The position numbers and the translations under genes are program-made. From IMG/VR virus record IMGVR_UViG_3300032266_000697, positions 1-31,387 of that record: a stretch of 31,387 bases of DNA; one strand, written 5' to 3'. Of this stretch, positions 24,449 to 31,387 are shown in pieces. Position 1 is the first letter of the stretch, and the number at the start of each line of letters is the position of its first letter. The notes under the pieces are model-generated. The model worked only from the letters and a program-made list of their open reading frames with translations, was not told where the DNA came from and searched no databases. This DNA comes from a virus. Taxonomy: Duplodnaviria; Caudoviricetes.

Positions 24449-25509
24449 TGAGCGAGCCCCCAGTCGGCGTTTTCGAGTTTCTTGTATTCGAACGTGGTGC
24501 CCGAGATGGCCCACGAGTCGCCTTGCCTCATGGCAATTTCAATGTTGTCCCTGCTCGTCCAGAACGAGCCGTCTGGCTGATCGCTCGGCCACTTTGGCCC
24601 GGCCACCCACGACGTATGCCAAGAGTTTTGGACGAGCGCACCATCGCGACCGCCGCCGTTCTTCTGGTGCCGGATTCCCCAGACGAGCATCGCGTGGCTC
24701 CACCCTGTTCCGCGTGTCAGGAATCCGAGCGCGTCACGCTGCCGCGGCGTCGGTCCGTAGCCAATCTGCGAACAGACAGCGACCGGAAATCCCGATTCCA
24801 GTGCTGCCGCCAGCTCCTCCCACGTCTGCACCTGGGCGACCTCGTAGCACCGATTCTGGTGGGCCAGCTTGGCGAGCTCGAGGGGCACGCCCCGCGAGCC
24901 CCACTCCCGCGAGAGCGGAATTGAGTAGGTCGTAAGATCAACCGATCCGTATAGCTTCCGGAACAGCACGCCGCCGACGTCTGGCACTTTGCACTTGCCC
25001 GAGATCCACCGAGCCGCGCCGAATCCGGTGGCGCCGTCTCCGCCAAACTGCGTGGGCTGGCCCATCCCAAACGTGCGGGCGCCGCCATAGATCGGCTCGG
25101 TGGCCACGGCCATTGGTGGCGATCCCTTGCCAGCCAGCCAATCAGTCGCCAGTGCTGTCTGGCATCCAAGACCAAACGCAAACGACACGCACGTCCCGGC
25201 GTTGCCCTGGTTCCAACACTGCCACGGCTCGCCATAGGTCCGCTGGTGGGCCTTGTCTGTGGCACGGTAGAGAAACACGTCGAGGCCCTTGGCCTGGCGG
25301 ACGGCGTCGGCACCGGCTTCTTGGAAGGTGGGCTTGTCGAGCTCGCCAAGAAACGCCCGCACGCCCACCGGATCGGGCCGGTAGCCAAACGAGTTGTCGA
25401 CCCTCCGCAAGGCTCGGTGGGTGTAGTGGTCGACGACGGCGCCGACGAGCGCAGCAAGAGCGACGAACGCCAGCGCCGAGAATGTCCAGGCGGCTTTGCG
25501 GTGAGACAT
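24445..25509 (-). CDS. Signal-anchored papain-like (clan CA, C1-type) cysteine peptidase
   Basis: QGNAGTCVSFA (oxyanion Gln and catalytic Cys), WSHAM (His), QNSW (Asn); N-terminal hydrophobic helix. Confidence 0.85.
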   Translation of the reverse strand: MSHRKAAWTFSALAFVALAALVGAVVDHYTHRALRRVDNSFGYRPDPVGVRAFLGELDKPTFQEAGADAVRQAKGLDVFLYRATDKAHQRTYGEPWQCWNQGNAGTCVSFAFGLGCQTALATDWLAGKGSPPMAVATEPIYGGARTFGMGQPTQFGGDGATGFGAARWISGKCKVPDVGGVLFRKLYGSVDLTTYSIPLSREWGSRGVPLELAKLAHQNRCYEVAQVQTWEELAAALESGFPVAVCSQIGYGPTPRQRDALGFLTRGTGWSHAMLVWGIRHQKNGGGRDGALVQNSWHTSWVAGPKWPSDQPDGSFWTSRDNIEIAMRQGDSWAISGTTFEYKKLENADWGLAQ

Positions 25510-25754
25510 CAGTCCGCCTCCTCGCCGATGCGGCGAAGACGCGGCAGCACTCGCGGCAGAACTGGGCCTGGGCCGTCATGCCGGCACTCGCACGACTCAG
25601 GAATCTCTTTCCGCAGCTCGCGGATCTCGACCAGCAGCGAGTACAGCAGGACCGGGCACGCGATGGCAGACGCACCGACGCACACCACGGCAAATAGGTG
25701 CATGATGTAGAGCGCGTTGTCCATGACTTCCCAGACGATGTCGGAGACTTTCAT
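25509..25754 (-). CDS. Membrane protein
   Basis: One long hydrophobic segment then CECRH..PGPVLPR; coupled on both sides. Confidence 0.6.
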   Translation of the reverse strand: MKVSDIVWEVMDNALYIMHLFAVVCVGASAIACPVLLYSLLVEIRELRKEIPESCECRHDGPGPVLPRVLPRLRRIGEEAD

Positions 25755-26209
25755 CGGACGGCCTCCTCGGCCGCTCGGGCCAGCTCGCGGAGGGCTTCGC
25801 ACCACTTGCCACGGGCCGCCGCGTCGATCGGCCCACCGCTGGTGCCGACAGCCTGGTCAAGGAATCGCCCGGCCGCTGCCGAGACGTGCGGCTGATTGCG
25901 AGTGAAACTCTCAGGTAGAAACATTCCTTCGCTCGTGGCGATGCGGACGTCCTCGAGCTGGGCCGCGGTGGTGATCCGCGGCGCGGCTGCGGCGCCGTCC
26001 TTGTCGAGGGCCTCGGCCACGCCGCGGCACAGGCCAGCAAACGCCGCGGCGTCGTCTGGGGCTGATGGGCCGATGAACTTGCCGCGAAGGTCGAGGCCGG
26101 CGGCGGGTGTCGGGCTGTGGGTAGGCCGCGGCCAATACTCCACGCAGGCCGCGAGCACCGCGCCGCCGGCCAATACCGCGACAGCGATGTATTTCTGGCG
26201 GTCGGTCAT
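25751..26209 (-). CDS. Membrane-anchored helical protein
   Basis: YIAVAVLAGGAVLAAC N-terminus (possible lipobox), Pro/Thr linker, helical domain. Confidence 0.65.
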   Translation of the reverse strand: MTDRQKYIAVAVLAGGAVLAACVEYWPRPTHSPTPAAGLDLRGKFIGPSAPDDAAAFAGLCRGVAEALDKDGAAAAPRITTAAQLEDVRIATSEGMFLPESFTRNQPHVSAAAGRFLDQAVGTSGGPIDAAARGKWCEALRELARAAEEAVR

Positions 26210-26484
26210 TTCTTCTCACTCCCGTGCAGCAGGTCGAGCCAGAGCGTGTCGACGGCCTTAGATGCTTCCTCGTCCAGCTTCTTGACGGCAGCCAACTGGT
26301 CGCGGACCTCAAGCAGCGAGTCAATCGCCTCGCGGGCGTCCGGCGCCGCTGGTGCGGCCGGAGCCACCGGCGGCACGCGGAACAGATCCTCGGCCGAAAG
26401 AGATTTAGGCAGAGGATTCGTAACGCCGCCCTTAGGCCAGAACAGAAACGCGATTGCAGCCAGTACCAGTAGGCCGGTGATCAT
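26206..26484 (-). CDS. Membrane-anchored protein
   Basis: MITGLLVLAAIAFLFWP, AAGGAG RBS, PAAPAAP linker, helical hairpin. Confidence 0.65.
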   Translation of the reverse strand: MITGLLVLAAIAFLFWPKGGVTNPLPKSLSAEDLFRVPPVAPAAPAAPDAREAIDSLLEVRDQLAAVKKLDEEASKAVDTLWLDLLHGSEKK

Positions 26485-26837
26485 GTGGAACTCCTTGAGA
26501 TTCTGAGCAGGGCCTCGACGGCACCAGCGGCGAGCGAGAGCACGAGCAGGCGAGCGGCTGGCCGCAGCAGCATCCACGCCGGCCAGGTGGCCACCGGGAC
26601 GGCCTTGTCGGCAAGTGAGTCAAACAGCACGGCAGCGGCCGTGATGGCAACCTCGCGTTTCTGTGGCCCTGTAAGCGACGCCACAGCGTCCAGGCCCTCG
26701 ACGGCCATCCAGAGCAACTGGACCAGTAGCCGGCCGAACTCCTGCCACGTGAGCCCGTCGCGTGCCTGTTCGCGGGCAGACGCAAAGAAGACGTTTAACC
26801 GGGCCGACACGTTGGCGATTGATTCTTCTGCGATCAT
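26481..26837 (-). CDS. Holin-like amphipathic protein
   Basis: LTGPQKREVA resembles the G-x-x-K motif of LL-H-type holins; hydrophobic C-terminal helix. Confidence 0.45.
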   Translation of the reverse strand: MIAEESIANVSARLNVFFASAREQARDGLTWQEFGRLLVQLLWMAVEGLDAVASLTGPQKREVAITAAAVLFDSLADKAVPVATWPAWMLLRPAARLLVLSLAAGAVEALLRISRSST

Positions 26838-27001
26838 CGCTTGCGGCTCCAGATCTCGGTGGCGGGAACCAATCGTTTCCGGCGGGCGTGGCAGCACGTG
26901 CATTCCAGACGCTGGACCTGGTCGTCGCCGGCACGGCGCGACGTGATCACGCGGCAGCGGCTACCGCACTTGCGGCACGACCTACTTGATTCGTGGAGCA
27001 T
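26834..27001 (-). CDS. Ogr/Delta-like zinc-finger protein, 55 aa (not in ORF track)
   Basis: Manual translation MLHESSRSCRKCGSRCRVITSRRAGDDQVQRLECTCCHARRKRLVPATEIWSRKR; two CxxC pairs; stop overlaps next ATG as ATGA. Confidence 0.7.
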   Translation of the reverse strand: MLHESSRSCRKCGSRCRVITSRRAGDDQVQRLECTCCHARRKRLVPATEIWSRKR

Positions 27002-27980
27002 TCGACTTGAGCCTCGCAGAGACGAGCTTCGCGGCCGCTGCTGTCAGTGCGTAGGACCAGCGGCGACGCCTGTCGGCCTCGGCGTCGGCGGCTGATCTCG
27101 ACTCGGTTGCTACGATCCCTTCCGGGTAATCGTCGATCCACACGTCGACCGCGATGCCGCGATTAGCTGCGGCGTCTCGCTTCTGCGTGGCCGAGCCGCA
27201 TAGCACAATCTCTTTGATGTCGAGGCCAGAGAATGCGGATCGGATTTCCTCGACGTTCTGCTCGGTCTCTTCGCGTCGGCTGATACACACAACGCTGTTC
27301 CCGCGCTCGTTGGCAAGTTCTACAAACGATCGCCACATCCCCGGCGCGGCTGTAAACGTCCTGTCGTAGTCGAGTGAGATCACAAGGCCGGAGCCCTCGG
27401 CACGCTGTTGAATCTGCTTCACGGCAGCCTTCCAGGAGTCGAGCGATCGGAGTGCTGCCGACGACTGCGGGTACGCTGGCCTGGTCACGACCGAGACGTC
27501 GTACAGGTTGCCAACCTCGCTGATTGTCCGCACGGCCGAGCCGTCGGCCTCCTGCGTCCACGACTCGCCGCCTGGAGCCACCGAGAACGCAAAGCTGGCA
27601 CCGTACAGATCACCTCGACGGACGAGCGTCACGATGTCGCGGCCGAGCGTCGTGTCGGGCGGGCTGATCGAGTAGGCCAGGCCACGCTCGCTGATCGCCA
27701 GCTTCAGCGTATCGTTCGTGGTACGGCCGATCGGCTGGCCCACGTGGTCGAACAGGGCCACGACGTCCATGCCGCCGCGAGGATCGTTCCGGTGGCGGCC
27801 GACAATCTTGTCGAATGCCGTAGGGGCAAAGACCTCGCGGAAGTTGCCGAGATCTTCGCTCTTGCTGTTAAACGGCGGACTGATGCCCTTGATCGTCGGC
27901 GAGGCCGCGGAACGGTCCTCGAGCTCGATGGGCTCTACTACCGACGGAACGTATCGCCGTTCGATTTCTTGTTCAGCCAT
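26982..27980 (-). CDS. HK97-family prohead protease fused to a HAD-superfamily phosphatase domain
   Basis: Protease: FNSKSEDLG.FRE, ALFDH, GASFAF, LYDVSVVTRPAY; HAD: ISLDYDRTF, CISRR, QK, WIDD. Confidence 0.85.
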   Translation of the reverse strand: MAEQEIERRYVPSVVEPIELEDRSAASPTIKGISPPFNSKSEDLGNFREVFAPTAFDKIVGRHRNDPRGGMDVVALFDHVGQPIGRTTNDTLKLAISERGLAYSISPPDTTLGRDIVTLVRRGDLYGASFAFSVAPGGESWTQEADGSAVRTISEVGNLYDVSVVTRPAYPQSSAALRSLDSWKAAVKQIQQRAEGSGLVISLDYDRTFTAAPGMWRSFVELANERGNSVVCISRREETEQNVEEIRSAFSGLDIKEIVLCGSATQKRDAAANRGIAVDVWIDDYPEGIVATESRSAADAEADRRRRWSYALTAAAAKLVSARLKSNAPRIK

Positions 27981-29307
27981 CGGTCGGCTCCATTTGCGGG
28001 ATGTCCTGTGGCTCAATCGTGTCGGCCGGGAACTGCGAACCGGTCGGCACGGCATCCGGCCCGGTGCCGGTGGCCGACGTGCCCAGCGGCGCGAAACCGA
28101 GCTGCATGTAGGTCGCGTTAGCCGCTGGGTTCTCCAGCAGGTCGAGGTCCTCAAGGTCACGCAGCTCGTTTGGCGAGATCGCGCCGCAGTTGAACAGGAA
28201 CTGGTACAGCGCCACGCGTGCCTGCGTGTCGCCGCGGAGCAGCGCCCGACTGTCGAGGCGGCAGTAGTGGCGGCCGTCCATCGGGTTGTCGTAGGTCCGC
28301 AGGATCGACCGGTCGATCGCGCCCTCAAAACGCTTCTGCCAAGGCAGCAGGCCAAACACGTGAGCGGTTACAAACTCCTGCTCGACGTTGCTGTACTTCG
28401 CCATCGCGTCATCGCCCAGCAGCGTTGTCGGGATGCCGTAGACTCGGGCGATGTCGGGCAACATGCTCTTCCGAAGTTCCATGAACTGGTTCGCTTCGTT
28501 GCTGTTGCTGTCGATCGCCTTGAATTGCGTCTTCTTTGGCAGGATGGCTGTCGACCCGCGCTTCTTCGGCCCGCCGTAGATCTCTCGCCACTGGTCGCGG
28601 AATCTGGCCTGAGCCTCGGCCGGGATCTCTTCCTGCGTTTCGATCACGCCGTCGGGCCTGGCGGAGTTGTCCCAGAACGCAGCGGCAGCGATGTCGAGCT
28701 TTCTGGCAAGCGCCACGCTCGTGGCGCAGAGCTCGGCCGGGAGCTGGCCCTCGTAGCTGTTGTCACTCATCCAGCGGTAGTGCACGATCTCGGACTGTTG
28801 GAAATCCTTGTACGTGCCACGCGGCAGCAGGTATCGGTAAATCAGCCCCTCGGAGCCCTTCATGCAGGTCATACGGCTCGGGTGCAGCGGCTCAAGCGAC
28901 GAACAGAACCCGCTGTCGCCGGCGACGATCCGCGAGTAGGCCCGGCCGTACAGGGCCAGGTGGTAAGACGTCGTTTCCTTGTATTCAAAGTCCGATTGCC
29001 ACGAGTTGGGCCGCCACGTCAGCACGTCGTAGCATGGCAGATCGTGGCAGTGCGTCTTCGGGAAGCCAGGCCGCCGGCGGATGATCTCGGTGGGCATACA
29101 CGCCAGCGAGCTGGCGATGAACCGCACGCACGCCAGGATACACGTCACGCGGACGGCCACCTCGGCCGACATCGTGTCAGCCTGCAGCATGGCACCGATC
29201 GGCAGGTGGTCGGCGAGGGCACGCAGTGCGTACTGCTCAAGCTTCTTGCCAGCCCGCGGTGCCCGCGGTTTGGCCGTCGTCTTTTTCACAGCTCGATTAT
29301 TTGCCAT
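27973..29307 (-). CDS. HK97-family portal protein
   Basis: ACVRFIASSLA, PNSWQS, GRAY, LHPSR, QFMELRK...IARVYGIP, NELRDLEDL. Confidence 0.93.
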   Translation of the reverse strand: MANNRAVKKTTAKPRAPRAGKKLEQYALRALADHLPIGAMLQADTMSAEVAVRVTCILACVRFIASSLACMPTEIIRRRPGFPKTHCHDLPCYDVLTWRPNSWQSDFEYKETTSYHLALYGRAYSRIVAGDSGFCSSLEPLHPSRMTCMKGSEGLIYRYLLPRGTYKDFQQSEIVHYRWMSDNSYEGQLPAELCATSVALARKLDIAAAAFWDNSARPDGVIETQEEIPAEAQARFRDQWREIYGGPKKRGSTAILPKKTQFKAIDSNSNEANQFMELRKSMLPDIARVYGIPTTLLGDDAMAKYSNVEQEFVTAHVFGLLPWQKRFEGAIDRSILRTYDNPMDGRHYCRLDSRALLRGDTQARVALYQFLFNCGAISPNELRDLEDLDLLENPAANATYMQLGFAPLGTSATGTGPDAVPTGSQFPADTIEPQDIPQMEPTDG

Positions 29308-30899
29308 GAGTCCGCGCTCGCCTCCGGCTCCGCCGTCATCGAGACCGCCAGACCGCAGACGGTCGCGACGATCCCGTCTGTCTTCTCTTGGCTCCGCCCT
29401 TTGTCGGGCTTCATGTTGCCCTGGTGATCCACGTACAAACAGACGTTCGAGGCCATCCACTGCAGGACCGGAGACGGGCACCTAAACTTCTTCTCGTGGA
29501 TCATCACCTCGAGCAGTTTGCTAGGCGCCGTCATGCGGCCGACCGACTGTCCGATAGCGTGCACTTCAATGCCTGATCGTTGAAGTTGCGTCGCAACGCT
29601 GCCCAGGTTCCAAGGGTCGGCGCCAACGCCTCGCACTTGGTGCTTCTGCGAGTACGCAATGAGATCAGCGGCGACCTGATCGTGATCAAGACGCACGCCC
29701 GGCGTGGTTCTGATCCAGCCGTCCGCGATCCATTGACGCAGCGGAACTCGCGCCTCCTTCTCGCGGTCGGCTACGTTCTCCTCTGGCATCCAGAACATGG
29801 CCTCGGCGTCGTAGCCGCCCTGGCCGTCGGGGAAGAGGGCCACGGCTGCCGTCAGGTCGAGGTGGTCGGCAAGGTCAAGGCCGATGAAACACGACCGGCC
29901 CTCCAGCGGCAGCGGTGGAGGAGCGACGCACGGGGCGTAGGCCTCTGGCGTGAACCACCGATTGTCGGGCGTGGTCCATACGTTTAGCGAGTAGCGGAGC
30001 CAGCGCGACCGTTTGACAGGGTTGGTCAAGGAGTCCTGCCAGTCGGCTCGGAACTCTTCCTCTGGGAACGTGATTCCCATCGACGGGTTGGCCTTCCGCC
30101 AAACTTTTGGGTCGTCGAAGTCGTCGTCGGGCTTGGCCGCGTAGATCAGGCCGAAGAATGTCGGGTTGGCGGCCGGGTTGTTCATCGACAACTCTGCGTC
30201 CTGCCACCACTGGTAGCCGGGGCCTTTGCGGTCGTCGCCGGCCGTGCTAATCGCTAGGACCAGGCCGTTGGGCGTGGCCCTCGTTGCGTAAGTCAGGGCG
30301 CTGACCAGCTCGTCGGTACGGTGGGCGTGGATCTCGTCGATGATCACCGAGCCGTTCAATCCTTCGTTACGCCACGAGTCGGCCGACAAGCAACGCAGGA
30401 TGTTGCCGTGCTTCCGATTGCGGATGATCGACTTGCTGTCGACGACCTCGAGCACCTTTGACAGTGGCGACGACTCAACCGATCGTTTGAGCATCCGGTA
30501 GAGAATGCGGGCCTGTTCACGGTCGACGGCCGCCGGGTAGACGTCGGCATGTGGCAGGTGCGACGTCAGCAGGTACTGCGCAAGCTGCGACATCAGGAAC
30601 GTCTTCGCGTTCTTTTTTGGGACAAACACGCCGCCGCGCCTGTAGCGGAGCCGACCGTCTGGCCGCTTCCACCCGAACAGCGGCGCGATCACGTTGTCCC
30701 GGTGCCACGGGATGATCGTGACCGGCTGCGGGTCGCCACCGTCCTGGCTGGGAATGCGGCAGAGGCTCTCGATGAACTCTGCAGGCTTCGCGGCGGCATC
30801 GGCATCCCACGTGTAACCGGGCACGTACTCTGGCCTGTCGGAGCCCGGCTCAACCGCAGAAGGCGCGGAGCGCGGCCTCTTCGGCGTCTTCTTCGCCAT
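29286..30899 (-). CDS. terL: Terminase large subunit
   Basis: PKKNAKT Walker A variant, IIDEIH Walker B, ISTAG, WRKANP, GLDLA, DPWN, KTDG nuclease residues. Confidence 0.95.
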   Translation of the reverse strand: MAKKTPKRPRSAPSAVEPGSDRPEYVPGYTWDADAAAKPAEFIESLCRIPSQDGGDPQPVTIIPWHRDNVIAPLFGWKRPDGRLRYRRGGVFVPKKNAKTFLMSQLAQYLLTSHLPHADVYPAAVDREQARILYRMLKRSVESSPLSKVLEVVDSKSIIRNRKHGNILRCLSADSWRNEGLNGSVIIDEIHAHRTDELVSALTYATRATPNGLVLAISTAGDDRKGPGYQWWQDAELSMNNPAANPTFFGLIYAAKPDDDFDDPKVWRKANPSMGITFPEEEFRADWQDSLTNPVKRSRWLRYSLNVWTTPDNRWFTPEAYAPCVAPPPLPLEGRSCFIGLDLADHLDLTAAVALFPDGQGGYDAEAMFWMPEENVADREKEARVPLRQWIADGWIRTTPGVRLDHDQVAADLIAYSQKHQVRGVGADPWNLGSVATQLQRSGIEVHAIGQSVGRMTAPSKLLEVMIHEKKFRCPSPVLQWMASNVCLYVDHQGNMKPDKGRSQEKTDGIVATVCGLAVSMTAEPEASADSWQIIEL

Positions 30900-31341
30900 G
30901 CTCTGTGGCCTCCGGCGGGAATCGGGTCTCGGCCGCCGGCGTCAGGCCGTACTCGCGGGCCAGGCTGACGAAGTCGCGGCGAGCGTCTCGCAGCAACCGC
31001 GCCACCGGGTTGGCCTGCTGGCCCTTGTCGGTGCTGGTCATCCAGCCCTCCGTGGCGAGCTGCTCGGCCAGCTCGCGGCAGTCGGCGTAGAGGTGCGATA
31101 GCAGCGCGAGGCCCTCGACGTTGTCCGATCGCAGCCGGCCGGAGCCCGCCAGGCTGTCGGCGTGGGCCTTCCAGTACGCGGAGGCCACAGGGCGTGCTGC
31201 GACGTCCGCAGGGGCCTTCGGCGTGCTGCCTGACGGCTTGTCTGTGGACACGGGCAGAGACTTGCCGATGGCCGCGACGCGGGCCACAGCGGCCTGCGAT
31301 CGCTTGCTGTTGGGGTCAGGATGGCGGCCTCTGCGGCCCAT
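30850..31341 (-). CDS. terS: Terminase small subunit (P27-like)
   Basis: MGRRGRHP, A..YW, NP, EYGLTPAA motifs directly upstream of terL. Confidence 0.85.
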   Translation of the reverse strand: MGRRGRHPDPNSKRSQAAVARVAAIGKSLPVSTDKPSGSTPKAPADVAARPVASAYWKAHADSLAGSGRLRSDNVEGLALLSHLYADCRELAEQLATEGWMTSTDKGQQANPVARLLRDARRDFVSLAREYGLTPAAETRFPPEATEHGEEDAEEAALRAFCG

Positions 31342-31387
31342 ACTTACCTCGGATTTTGGCTTAGTTGGTCAGAAATTCGAGCGAAGG

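Larger units (their letters stand above)
1..31387. mobile_element. Temperate tailed (siphovirus-like) phage or prophage genome segment
   Basis: Ordered terminase-portal-protease-capsid-neck-tail genes, a tyrosine integrase and a Sak4/SSB/initiator replication arm; no host housekeeping genes seen. Confidence 0.95.

Noticed and set aside
27981-28355. Upstream extension of the protease ORF (457 aa in the track)
   Set aside because: Overlaps the portal 3' end; GGAG RBS supports the start at 27980
27718-29427. 569-aa plus-strand ORF
   Set aside because: Antisense shadow of the portal and protease genes; no recognisable motifs
1-31387. CRISPR arrays, tRNA/rRNA genes, IS elements, stop-codon reassignment
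   Set aside because: No regularly spaced repeats, cloverleaf or transposase seen by eye; core genes are intact in the standard code

Overview
The window is a contiguous part of a temperate siphovirus genome with HK97-type head genes and a GC-rich sequence. Almost all genes lie on the minus strand and many are coupled by ATGA/TAATG overlaps. Reading in transcription direction (right to left): small and large terminase, portal, a prohead protease carrying an inserted HAD-phosphatase domain, then a ~3.3 kb cassette splitting the head operon (unlisted Ogr-like Zn finger, several membrane proteins, a signal-anchored papain-like protease, a GlsB/YeaQ-like protein). Next come major capsid, head-tail joining genes, two tandem tail-tube-like paralogs, tail chaperones with a -1 frameshift site, a short tape measure, Cys-rich tail-tip and fibre genes, a metallophosphoesterase and a dNMP kinase. 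A single plus-strand tyrosine integrase follows, then an early/replication arm (HTH regulator, Sak4-like ATPase, SSB-like protein, secreted CAP-like protein, three HTH genes, a conserved unknown protein overlapping an HNH frame, a ParB-DUF4326 fusion, and a truncated replication initiator). Several genes resemble families I recall from Planctomycete genomes and phages, so the host assignment is inference. No classical endolysin is recognisable in the window. Best candidates for new biology: the membrane/papain cassette as a non-canonical lysis or envelope system, the protease-HAD fusion, the slippery-site-linked unknown/HNH/ParB-DUF4326 module, CsrA-type GGA hairpins, and a shared late-promoter motif. 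All family calls come from reading motifs, not from database searches.
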